Positions 40,620-51,067 of a stretch of 64,000 nucleotides of DNA are shown piece after piece. Below the pieces are notes generated by a model that saw only the letters and a list, made by a program, of their open reading frames with translations, made no database searches and was not told where the DNA came from. Each line of letters starts with the position of its first letter. Position 1 is the stretch's first letter. This DNA comes from Thalia democratica. Its lineage: Eukaryota. A program made the position numbers and the translations under genes. The stretch is from NCBI GenBank assembly GCA_965202585.1, contig OZ241830.1, forward strand, positions 31,930,001-31,994,000, written 5' to 3'.

Positions 40620-43600
40620 CAGGGGTCGGCAAACTGCGGCCCGCGGGCCAAATGCGGCCCTCGAAGGGTAAATCTGCGGCCCGCGAGCACGTTAATTTTT
40701 TGAATGGAATGCGGCCCGCGGAAGAAAATTTTGTGGCCCGCGAGCATGTAAGTGTGGCCCGCTGAGCAAAAAAAAAAATTTAAGTTAAACTTATTTTGGT
40801 TTTTTGTTTAATTTCATTATTTTCGTTTTAAGTCCCTGTTTAACATTTTAAAAGAATCAAAAAACTTTACAGTGTCAGCTTAAAAATGTAAAAAAGACAG
40901 ATTAGCATTCCAGCAGGTTTTTTTCTCAGTTTCATCATAACTTTCTTTTTACAACAGCAAGTTTAGGTATTTTTTACATGTTTTTTAAAACTAATAATCT
41001 TCTGTAGACGTTTTATTACGAAAAGTTATATTTGATTGTGCACTAAAACATTTAAAATAAGATATAAGTAAGTAAAATTGTTTATTTTATATAGATTTTT
41101 ATACATTTTGATGTTTTTATAAGTTTTTTTAGCACTTTAAACTAATCCCTATGCACACAAATGTGCAAAGATGTTCATATTTTAATCGGCATACTGACAA
41201 TTCCCGACCACGATTATTCCCACTCGCGCACAATTACCACTCAAAAATGTTTTTAACTTTTATTATTTATTCCTTTATTTTTTAATATTTTGTTTTTTTT
41301 TTTATTTAATAATAATCTATGTTTTACCATCACTGTTACCCCTAACCCTTGGTTAGTAAGCGGTTCTCGGATTTGATTGAGTAGGAAATGATTGCCGGTT
41401 GGAAATGAGCGGTTCCCATTTTAAACCACATTTTATTTAATACTTAAATTAGATCAAGTTTAGTTAGTTCATAATTTTCTAAAATTATTGTTTATACATG
41501 TAGTATCTAGGTGTGTAAAGACACATTTAAAAGAATACATGATATAAATTAAAATAGTTTTTAATAGGTATACATTTTCATTTTTCAAACAATGTTTTTT
41601 TGACAAACTAAGTAAATTTGTAAGCACTAATATACACAGTTACTGTTTTTTTGAACTACCTATTTAATACAAACTAAATTTAGGGATGGTAAATTTATAA
41701 GGTTTGTATATTGTTAATCAAAATAGCTCAAATTCAAGCAAATAAACAACTAAAAATTTCCACACACTTAAACTATGACTATCTGTAGATTTTGAATCTC
41801 ATTTCATTTAGTCATTTTTCAGTTTTTGGTTTGAATAAATGTTTGTATACTAAAATATTAGGCTAGTTTTTGGTTAATAGGATGACTTTTTTTGCTTTAT
41901 GAGTGGCAAATTAAATTTATGATGTATGTTTTGTTCAATTTACAGTGTTAGTTTGAATTGTAATATATATTAAACTTCAAGTCTTGCAGCTGATAAAATT
42001 TGAAATATTATTTATATAATGGTACACATATAGGTGTGAACAATTAGTGTTGCTAAAAAACTTGAATCCTGGAAAAGCTTTGAATTTGAAAATTATGTTT
42101 AAAAATTCTTTAAAAACCTTGAAACTGATAATTTGTGAAAAATACTGGAATTTTAAACATCTTTTACGTGTAAAGTATGAAATTTCGATTTGACACAACA
42201 AATTTACTGTATAGATACTTTTTTAAACACATTAAAAGTAGTTTTACAGTATTAATTTAGTACTGCTATATTACTAAAGACAGTTTTTTTATTAAATGTA
42301 ATTTAATTTTGTACCAAAAAAAAGAAGCAGAAAACTATACTTTCAAAAACTTTATGTAAGTGCATTGCATATTTGCTTTTAAAACGCCTTTACCTATTGT
42401 TGTGCATTGGAATTAAACTTAGAAACTTTTCTAAAATATCAAAGTCAGTAAATACACCTCTAATAAAAACTCTCAGAAGAGCAATATTTGTTCTACCAGT
42501 TCTCTTATCTTAACAGATTGATTAAAGTTCTAATTTTATTTATTTTGCTTTATTACCTTTAGCAATTTACTAAACACTACTTCTTGTTGTCATTGAAGAA
42601 ATAAACAAAAAAATACAAACGCCTACATAAATTCTTAAAAAAGTTTTTAATTCTCAACGGTATCTTCTTTTTAGTAATTATTTTTGATACTTTATAACTT
42701 GCCTTAACAGTTTTTTTCTGATCAGTCTGTAGAAACTAAATATAACCATTTGCTTTATTGAAACTGACTATAGCTATTTTTTATTTCTCGCAATAACTCT
42801 TAACTAACGTTTTTTAGTTTTTATAGCTCGTTTTTCTTTTTACATTTACTCTTTATATAAAACATCTTTATTGCAGATAAGGAATTGTTATAATTTTCAA
42901 AAAAAAGTTAAGTTTTTCTACTTTTTAATGGCTTAATAAATTTTTAAACATTGTTAAAAATGTTTAGGAAACGTAACTGTCGATTTAAGCTGACTTAAGA
43001 TATTATTTTTGCTATATATTTAATTATCTGTTAATAAACTTTGTTATTTCTTTATTTTTGACTTTATTTTAAAAAGGGTTGCCAAACATACAGTCTAGTT
43101 TCAAAACTTAATAAAATTCAAACTAGGTTAAAGTTGTTTGAGACATTTAAAAGAAACTCAGGTAAACTTTTATTTCTAACACTTTAAATAAATAATCGAA
43201 TTTTCAGAACAGTTTTTATGACTGTAGTGTAATTTACTAATTTTAATTTTTCTGGTCTACTTATACATTGTGTACTTTTTATACTGAAGATATTTTAGTT
43301 AGGTGTCTGAGCTTGGTTAATTGCAAGTTTTTTCACTTTTCTAACGTGGAAACCCTGTTAAAAGCTTTTTAAATTACTAATAAGGTACTACATTAGAGTA
43401 TTCGAGCATTAATTATATTAAAAAAAGTACATAGTTTATTAAGACTTAAGTATACTCGTCAATGTAAATTTTACTCCAATAAATTATTTGAATTAAAAAA
43501 GGCATTCTATGTGTACATTCTAAAATATCATCAAATTAATAAAGTGAACAAAAGTAAAACTTTCTTTAATGTGACTAAAACTAAAATCAAAAGATTATTC

Positions 43601-43688
43601 AAATATCACTAAAACTAAAACTGCGGCCCGCGAAGATTTTGGAAACTTGAAATTTGGCCCGCGAGCACCAATTGCCTGCCGACCCCTG
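40620..43688. mobile_element. Non-autonomous hAT (Charlie-like) element, 3069 bp
   Basis: 12-bp TIR CAGGGGTCGGCA; perfect 8-bp TSD TTCTAGTG; multiple subterminal GGCCCGCG motifs; no transposase ORF. Confidence 0.92.
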
Positions 43689-44073
43689 TTCTAGTGTTAC
43701 ATGTTAACAACGATTCTTTTTGATATCAAAATAAAATAAAAGCTAGTTCGTTATATAATGTTCTATTAAACTACAATTTTATACATAAGAACGATAATGT
43801 AAGTAATTTACAAACTTTATTATAAAGTATATTTAATCGAGCAGTTAGTTGAACTTTTCTTAATAATCTAAAATACTTGTAATTAAGAATGTAAAGTTAA
43901 GTAACAATTTTTTTAATTTATAATTTCATTTAAGTTAAGATACACAAGCCTATTTTGAGTTTAACAAAAAACTAAACATTGTAGATATAACCACATAATT
44001 TATTGTAAGTAACGTGGACAATATATTGAAATAATTGTTTAAACCTAACATTTGAAACATGACCTATTCTTAC

Positions 44074-44571
44074 TTATGAGTTGAAAGTATGTGAAAAAGT
44101 CACAACCACAACAAAGATCAACTCTTGAATATAACGCGACACTTCACTTTACCAATCACATGATTAGCATCCAGCCATAGATGTCCCTCTCCTTACAAAC
44201 CTCTTTCATCTTTATCGCTGTTGTCCCCTTTTGTGAACAGCTTCACTTTTCCATTAATTTCGTATATTCCAATGACCCTGCGAACAATCGGGGTGTCTGT
44301 TCTAAACAAAATGTCGTCATTGACTTGAATTTTATCCCCTCGTGATTTGTCAAAATGAGAGCGTCTCCTGCATTAAAATAACGCTCGATGCTTTCACCGC
44401 TGACATTGTGATTGGAAAATAAAGACCAGTGACAGACTTGACTCCTTTAAAAAACATCATTACAAGTACAATTATTATCAAGTATTTTAACGCTTGGTAG
44501 CAAATATCCCGCTTGGTCATATTTTTGAAGTTCTTAAAACTTATTTCTAACTGATTTGTTGCAAACTCCAT
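44074..44571 (-). pseudogene. SEC11: Intronless SEC11-like signal peptidase catalytic subunit pseudogene
   Basis: Three frames together read MTKRDICYQALK..KGV..TG..PI / VSGESIERYFNAGDALILTN / TPIVRRV..FTKGDN..DERGL*GEGHLWL..VIGK. This matches SEC11 KRQ.YYQ, SGSMEP.F.RGD, PIVHR, TKGDNN.VDDRGLY. There are two -1 frameshifts, a TAA at 44193-44195, and His to Arg at 44280-44282. Confidence 0.85.
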
Positions 44572-45599
44572 TTTTATTTATAAATATGAAAGAAAACCCT
44601 TAAATAAAAGAAATAAACTTATTACTCAATATTTAAATTAATATTTGTATATTGATTTGTATATTAATTAAACAATGACTTTTTATATATAAATATTTTA
44701 GAAATATATTTACTGTTCTAATTAAGTGTTTTGTTATAGTAAAATGTTTTATTTTTATATTTATAATTCTTAAGGTTACTAAATGATAATTTTATTTAAT
44801 CCCTACTAATTTCAACTATAACTTTTTTAATTATACTTTAATAGAGCAACCTAATTCACTACTATATAGCATCAAAAATTTAATAACAAGTTTATACCAA
44901 TTTAATAACCTATATAAACTTGAAGTTTAATACAAAATTTTACGTTAGTTGTAGTAAGAGTAACTGAGAAAAATATAAGCAGGAATACTTTACTAATTCA
45001 TAAAAATAATATAATGGTTTAAAATATATAACAACATAAATATTAAAGTTATAAAAAAGTTATTAAAGAAAAAACTTAACTTTAGATCAAATATTCATAA
45101 AAGACTTGACTTTTAGAAATAAAAAACGTTAACCTGAAGCTAACTCAGTTTTTAACTTATTAAAGAAGCTAAAAAATACACACGTTTAATTAGTATCCCA
45201 CACATAACCTAAGAAACAAAAATCTTTCAAAATTTGAAATCACTTGAGCATAAATGAAAAAAAGATTTAATTTTTGTAAGACTGAAATAGATATTTCTAC
45301 GTAATAAGTTTTAAATAAGCTAAAATAATCTATAAGTAGTAGTAGTAATGTCAATAAACTAAAAACACATTTTCTTTTTTTTTTTTGACTAACTTGATAA
45401 GAGCATTTATTAAGTAAAATATAAACCTACCTCATGTACATTTTCAACTGGTATACTTGTGCATATCTTAGATGTTGAGTTGTGAATGTAAAGAGATAGG
45501 GATAAGGTATAAAAAAAACTTAGCTGCAATAAAAGACTGATACGACATCAACAAATGTCTAGTTTTTAAAACTAAAACTAAACACAAAACAATTCAACT

Positions 45600-46370
45600 A
45601 AATAATTTGTGTTTAGTACACTAAACTAGAACAAATTAAACTATTTTTTTGTTGATTGAACTCTAGACAAGTCAGGGTTGTTGGTTATATTTCATTAAGT
45701 GTGTCACTCTTTGAGCTAAAATGGAACAGAATAATTATAAAAAGAGTTTAATGAAAACTAGTTTAACTTATTTTCAAAAGCAAAGCTTATCTGTGTTTAG
45801 ATGTTGTTATAGTCTTAAAGTGTTTATATATTCATTGTTAAAAAAATACTAGTAAAACTAAATAATAAAACATTGAGTTTAAAAACAAATAAGCTATTTT
45901 TCCTTCATTTTTCAGGGATATTAATTCATCAAAGAAACAAGTTAACACACGCCAATGATGGCTTTTTGCAAAAGCCTGCTATAAAAAATATAAGTATACT
46001 ACAGAGCGACAATTTTAAATGGGAAACAAGCAATTAACTGAAAAGCAGTTGCTTAATTTTTTTTCAAAATCATATACTATCCCTTGAAAAAGATACCTGG
46101 ATAATTATTGGTCTAGAATGTAGTAACTTAATTACAAATATATATTTTTGAACTTTTATTAGTTTTATTATCAGCTTTAACAAAGTTGCTAATTTAAGAG
46201 TTAAAATTCTTTATACAAAATTAGTAATTATGTTATGTAAAGCACAGTTACCAGAATTACTATGTGCAAATCCTCGTAAGTTACTTAATCATTAGGTTTT
46301 AAGTCAATAAAACAAAAAATATAACATTCAGTAATCAGAGTTATATACTTCTGGAATTTAGTATACGTTG
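45600..46370 (+). repeat. Block C repeat, copy 3
   Basis: Aligns with 360-1190; the plus frame reads LCKAQLPELLCANPRK. Confidence 0.65.
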
Positions 46371-47119
46371 TACAAGTAATAAAAAATATAATTTGATTGA
46401 GTTATTTTAATGACTTTATTTCATACTTTAAATTAAAGTGCTTTAGATCAAACCCTGGAGAAAATGTCCGAAAACTTAAAAGACTGAAACTATCATGGAC
46501 AATTTTAATCCTGAATGAGAGTTTTTTGCTTAAAAGTCAATAGGATAAATGGCAGGTTTAGTTGTTACATCTTGTAATTATTTTTTTTCATTGTAGTTAG
46601 TGTTTCTACTCTCGTTTTGTAGGGACGATTACTAGTGGTGTAATGGAATAGAAATTAGCAGGTCTGAATTTAACTGAAATGGTAGTTTTTTATATTACAA
46701 AACCTAATACTACGGTTTGATCTTCAATGACATCGTGATTAAAGTAGTGGAAACTCACTTCTTTATTTCAAAAAATGTTTAATGTTGTTTCTTCTTTAGG
46801 AGGTATAGAGACAATGGCGTGAAAACATCATAAGGTTTTTATACTTCTTTAATACATACAACTCAGTTTGTCAAACTTTAAGTAAAGTATAACATTTTAT
46901 GTTTTGGTTTTAAGAAAACAAATAAAGAGATCCCAACTACTGGAGGAGAAATAATGAATTTATTCTTACAAGAACTTGTTTTACAAACTAAAAACAGTAT
47001 ACTATACTGAAGTAAAACAAAATATAAAGTAATTTTGAATATAATAAATATAATAATAATAAAAAATATTTCATTACACTCTGAATTTTCAGTGGTTATA
47101 AACAGGTAAATATTTTATT

Positions 47120-48403
47120 GGGTGGGTGTCACTTTTGCACGAGCGTCACTTTTGCACGAGCGTCACTTTTGCACGAAGGGTCACTTTAGCACGGAGAGTC
47201 ACTAATGCACGGTGTCACTTTTACACGAAGAGACACTTTTGCACGATCAACACTTCAGCACGAGGGGTCATTTTTCCAAGTGTCACTTTCGCACGGTTTA
47301 TACTTTCACGGATATGCTTATGAACTGCGAAAACTTTAAACAATCTGCTAATTTTGAACCGAGTTTCACTTTTGCACGCTTCTAATTTTTATTTTCCCAA
47401 ATATAAATTTAAATAAATTGTTTTTTTTTTCAACTTAAATAATGTTTGCTTTTAAACGCAATTTGCTTTTACTCTACTAGTGATAAGTCCTTTTTCAATG
47501 TGTTTAATGATTATTCATCTGGCCAGTCTATTGTTAATGTCCTTGAAGCGTTAAGTTTTTATTTTTGTTGTTAGTCAATTCATTCAAATTCTTGATGTTA
47601 ATTGTTCTACATAAAAGCGTAAATAAGTATAAGTTCGTGGCTTAAATTTTGCTTTTTATGTTAACCTATTAATTTTGTATCAAGGTATGTTTTTATCTTT
47701 GTTTTAATAAATAAACTTTTTGTGTTAATTTTATTCTTTCTGTATGTGTCTTTAAGTTAAAGTGGACTATGTTTTGATGCCTAGGTCCATCATATGGACA
47801 ATAAACTTGTAATCGTTTAGTAAAATATATAAAAAGTCATTGTTGTTAATAATATATTAAAATTCAAAATAAACTAGAACAATTTACTTCCACTTAAAGT
47901 ATTTTTTTCTCTTAGTTTCTAAACAAATTATTTTTTTGTCCGTGGTATAAATCTTTTATAAGTAATTTTTCTTCTATCTTTTCATTAGTTTGTTTCTAAC
48001 ATTAACTTTTACTGTTCAATATTTTAAATCTTTCATTTTTTGCCTTTAATATAAAAATAGTATAAAATTTTAGTTTTCAGTTTCTTTTTATGGTACAGAT
48101 TAAGTACTAGCAAAAAAAACTTTTAATCGGCCTGCATGCAAAAGTGATGTTCTGTGCAAAAAAGTCATCGTGCCAAAATGTCGCTGTGCAAAAATGTCAC
48201 CGTAAAATATGACGTTGTTAAAAAGTATCTTTGTGCAATATACTGCGGTAAAAATTGTCATCGTGAAAAAATGTTGCCGTAAAAAAAATGACCCTGCGTG
48301 CAAAAGTGACGCCGTGCAAAAGTGACCCTCCCAGCAAAAGAGTCGCCGTGCAAAAATGTCCCCTCGTGCAAAAGTGATGCTCGTGCAAAAGTGACCCGTT
48401 CCC
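47120..48403. mobile_element. Foldback/Mutator-like element with 16-18 bp subterminal tandem repeats
   Basis: Inverted arrays of gtcacttttgcacgagc at 47128-47295 and 48130-48397; GGG termini; 9-bp TSD tattttatt / tattttctt (8/9). Confidence 0.85.
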
Positions 48404-48727
48404 TATTTTCTTAGCTAGTACTTTACAACTAAACTGTTAATGTTAAAGAACTATAAAAAAACGAAATCAACCATTTCCGCCTAGTTAACAAAACCACCAT
48501 TGATAAGTCATAAAAATAAAGAGTAACTATATTAATAACAAAAGATAATTTTAAATGATTTTATATAAATAAGAAAATGAAATTACTTTAATGAAAAAAC
48601 TTATAAGTACTATCTAACAAAATTATTTATAGCAGCTGCGTATATTAATAAATATTTATAAAGTACTCTAAATTGAAAATAACAGTCATATTATCGTTTA
48701 AAATTTATTTCGTACAAATTACGTTAA

Positions 48728-49873
48728 CTAAATAATTTTTTCACGCAAAAACTTGTTAAAGTTCAAATACTTCTTATAGTCAACGCCAGACGGTTCTATT
48801 ACAATGAGAAATCTCGGTTTTACCAAGCTGGCATCTGCAACATATTCATCCACCAAACTGAGACCCGGTATCTTTCTGTTATATCTTCCTTCGGTGTCTA
48901 CTTTCATTTTCCTGTCTGGACTGTCCTGATGCATGTGTTTGCAAAACGGGTGTTTCGGCGCTGCGCAGGTATTACCGAGCCTGTGGTAGCTCTCATACTT
49001 TTCAGTCTTCAACCTCCTCGATTCAGAGACTTGGTTGACAAAAATGTATGTTATGATTGGTTTACAAAAAGGTTGATTCCAGTTATTTAGAGTTTTCCTT
49101 ATCGAGTACATCACAGCTGTGTCTAACGACTCCGTCATGTAAACTCCCCTCCCAAAGCACCCGTAAGCCGAATTTTTGTAACCTTCATTCAAAATCTTTC
49201 TGCTGCATTCGAGGCTGGTGCCGTGAAGCATCATGTAATTGCCGAACTTATAGTCGTCGGAGTCAAAGTCGTCGCAATTTACCATATAAACTTTTGCATG
49301 TTTCAAATTAACAAATGACTCCGGTTCTTCGCAACATGCTTGTTGCAAGTATTGCTTTAACAAGGCAAGCTTACTAAAACTTTTGAGTGTATCGAAAGGC
49401 ATCAGTGTAAACTTTTGAACTGTTCCATCATTTTGTTGCTGATATTTTGCAGCTACATTGTCAGCAGATACCGCATTCTGTGTGAATTTTGAACAACCTA
49501 AAGGTATCAAAGTTGGTTTGAATTTTGCAGCACTTTTTCCTTTATTGATTTTTCCTCCGCGGCGATGTCTGTATTTCTGTTTAGTAATACGCGTCTCACT
49601 CCGCTTTTCACTCCTGTTTTTGTCATTTCTTTTTACCTGATTTTTTACTGGAGCTGAACCGCTGTTTTCATGGCATATTTTTACTTGCTTTAGTTTGTTA
49701 AGAACATCGTCGACTTGAGCTGAGGAATTTTCGTCACAAAGTTTTTTAGCTCTTACTGCAATTTTCTTATTTGTATCAGCACCAACTTTCCTCTTCTTTG
49801 TAGCATCAGCTGCACACGTTTTACTGTTGTCTAATACTTCAGAGTAATCCATTACACTTATTTTAATACTCAT
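48728..49873 (-). CDS. PARP-like ADP-ribosyltransferase, catalytic domain with K/R-rich N-tail, paralog 2 (381 aa)
   Basis: Uninterrupted ATG-to-TAG ORF. LHGT / FGRGVY / VDEYV give the H-Y-E triad. It is colinear with paralog 1. Confidence 0.88.
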   Translation of the reverse strand: MSIKISVMDYSEVLDNSKTCAADATKKRKVGADTNKKIAVRAKKLCDENSSAQVDDVLNKLKQVKICHENSGSAPVKNQVKRNDKNRSEKRSETRITKQKYRHRRGGKINKGKSAAKFKPTLIPLGCSKFTQNAVSADNVAAKYQQQNDGTVQKFTLMPFDTLKSFSKLALLKQYLQQACCEEPESFVNLKHAKVYMVNCDDFDSDDYKFGNYMMLHGTSLECSRKILNEGYKNSAYGCFGRGVYMTESLDTAVMYSIRKTLNNWNQPFCKPIITYIFVNQVSESRRLKTEKYESYHRLGNTCAAPKHPFCKHMHQDSPDRKMKVDTEGRYNRKIPGLSLVDEYVADASLVKPRFLIVIEPSGVDYKKYLNFNKFLREKII

Positions 49874-50723
49874 AATGTTAATTATTATTCATTAAAACTC
49901 TGAAAAAATTAGTATTATATTCTTTAAATTAAATTTAAGAGGTTTTTATTTAAGTTATTTCTTATTTTGATAATTGTTTTTTTTTTTTAACTCTTTATTT
50001 TGTAGTGTTTTTCCTATTTGTTTTATTTTTTTGAAAAGTTTTCTGGTATTTAACTAGTCCAACATTATTAAAAGACAATATTTATTTTTTTTTTAAATAC
50101 CTCAATGTTTAACTAAGTTTTAAAACTAGAAGTTTGTTGCACACTGAATGAAATATAAAAAATAATTTAGCTATAGTCATTTATTTAACTTGTAATATTA
50201 ACAATTAAAAATAAGCAATAGCAATTGAAATTTACATTCTAATGCATAAATTAAACGCCTAAAACATAGATAAAACTTTAAACTACCGAACAAATAAATA
50301 TTTTTAGAATGTATATATGTATTAAAATACAACATATTAAAAAAAATGTTTTATTATTTTCTCTGACAAATTCTTGCGAAAAATTTTATATTTCTCTATT
50401 TCTAATAAAACATTTATCTCATTTCAATAGTTTAAAAAAAATTTAAATAATAATACATTTCAGAGGTATAGTAAATATAAAAGTTAGTTATAGTATAGCT
50501 TGATGAAAACACGCAAGTTTTTTTATAAAGCTTAAGAGAGTGAATTTCTTTATTTAAATAAAGTTTTTATAAAAATACTGTTATAAAAAAAACGATAATT
50601 AGTAATAACTGGAATGGGTGTACGACAAAGGGTGACAATTTAAACTGAGACATTTTAAAATGTTAAAACTTTTTATAACCGGCCATAAATTATAAATAAA
50701 AGATATTTAGAAATAAATACGTC

Positions 50724-50856
50724 TGTAGGTTTAGGTAATATCTAAATAAATATATCTTTCTTGGTTGAGTTTATTCACAAACTAATTACAAGAATGATAA
50801 AGTCTGTAATGCAAAACATAATGAAAGCTAGGTAAATACTTATACATTTCCCCCCA
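50724..50856 (-). repeat. Short putative 3' LTR (50724-50846) and PPT (50847-50856) of the Gypsy element whose gag/pol remnants lie at 62816-64000
   Basis: The minus strand reads ..GGGGGAAA|TGTATAAG..AATAAA..CCTACA, with TGTA/TACA termini. The partner LTR would lie outside the window, so this is unverified. Confidence 0.5.
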
Positions 50857-51067
50857 GATTTTTTCTAAGTAATAGATAAAGCGATACATTAAACTAGCGA
50901 AATAAAATAATTTCAAAACAATTTGTTACAACTTAAACACAGACTTTAACTCTAAAAATCAACGAAATTGAACTTAAAATGACAAAAACATTTAAAAATT
51001 ACGATTAACTTAGTTAACTGTTAAATAAAAATGTTGAAAAAGACTACAATTTAAACGAACAAACTGT

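Noticed and set aside
41338-41350. CCCTAACCCT telomere-like motif (also AGGGTTAGG at ~23075)
   Set aside because: Single unit embedded in a MITE-internal motif, not an array.
3513-44195. Stop-codon reassignment (TAA in the RING leader and at the SEC11 Tyr; TGA runs at ~20830)
   Set aside because: Intact genes contain no internal stops, end in TAA/TAG at sensible C-termini and use TGG for Trp. The affected loci also carry frameshifts or look decayed.
47126-48303. ORFs 47126-47323, 48100-48303 and 20342-20554
   Set aside because: Translations of foldback subterminal repeats.
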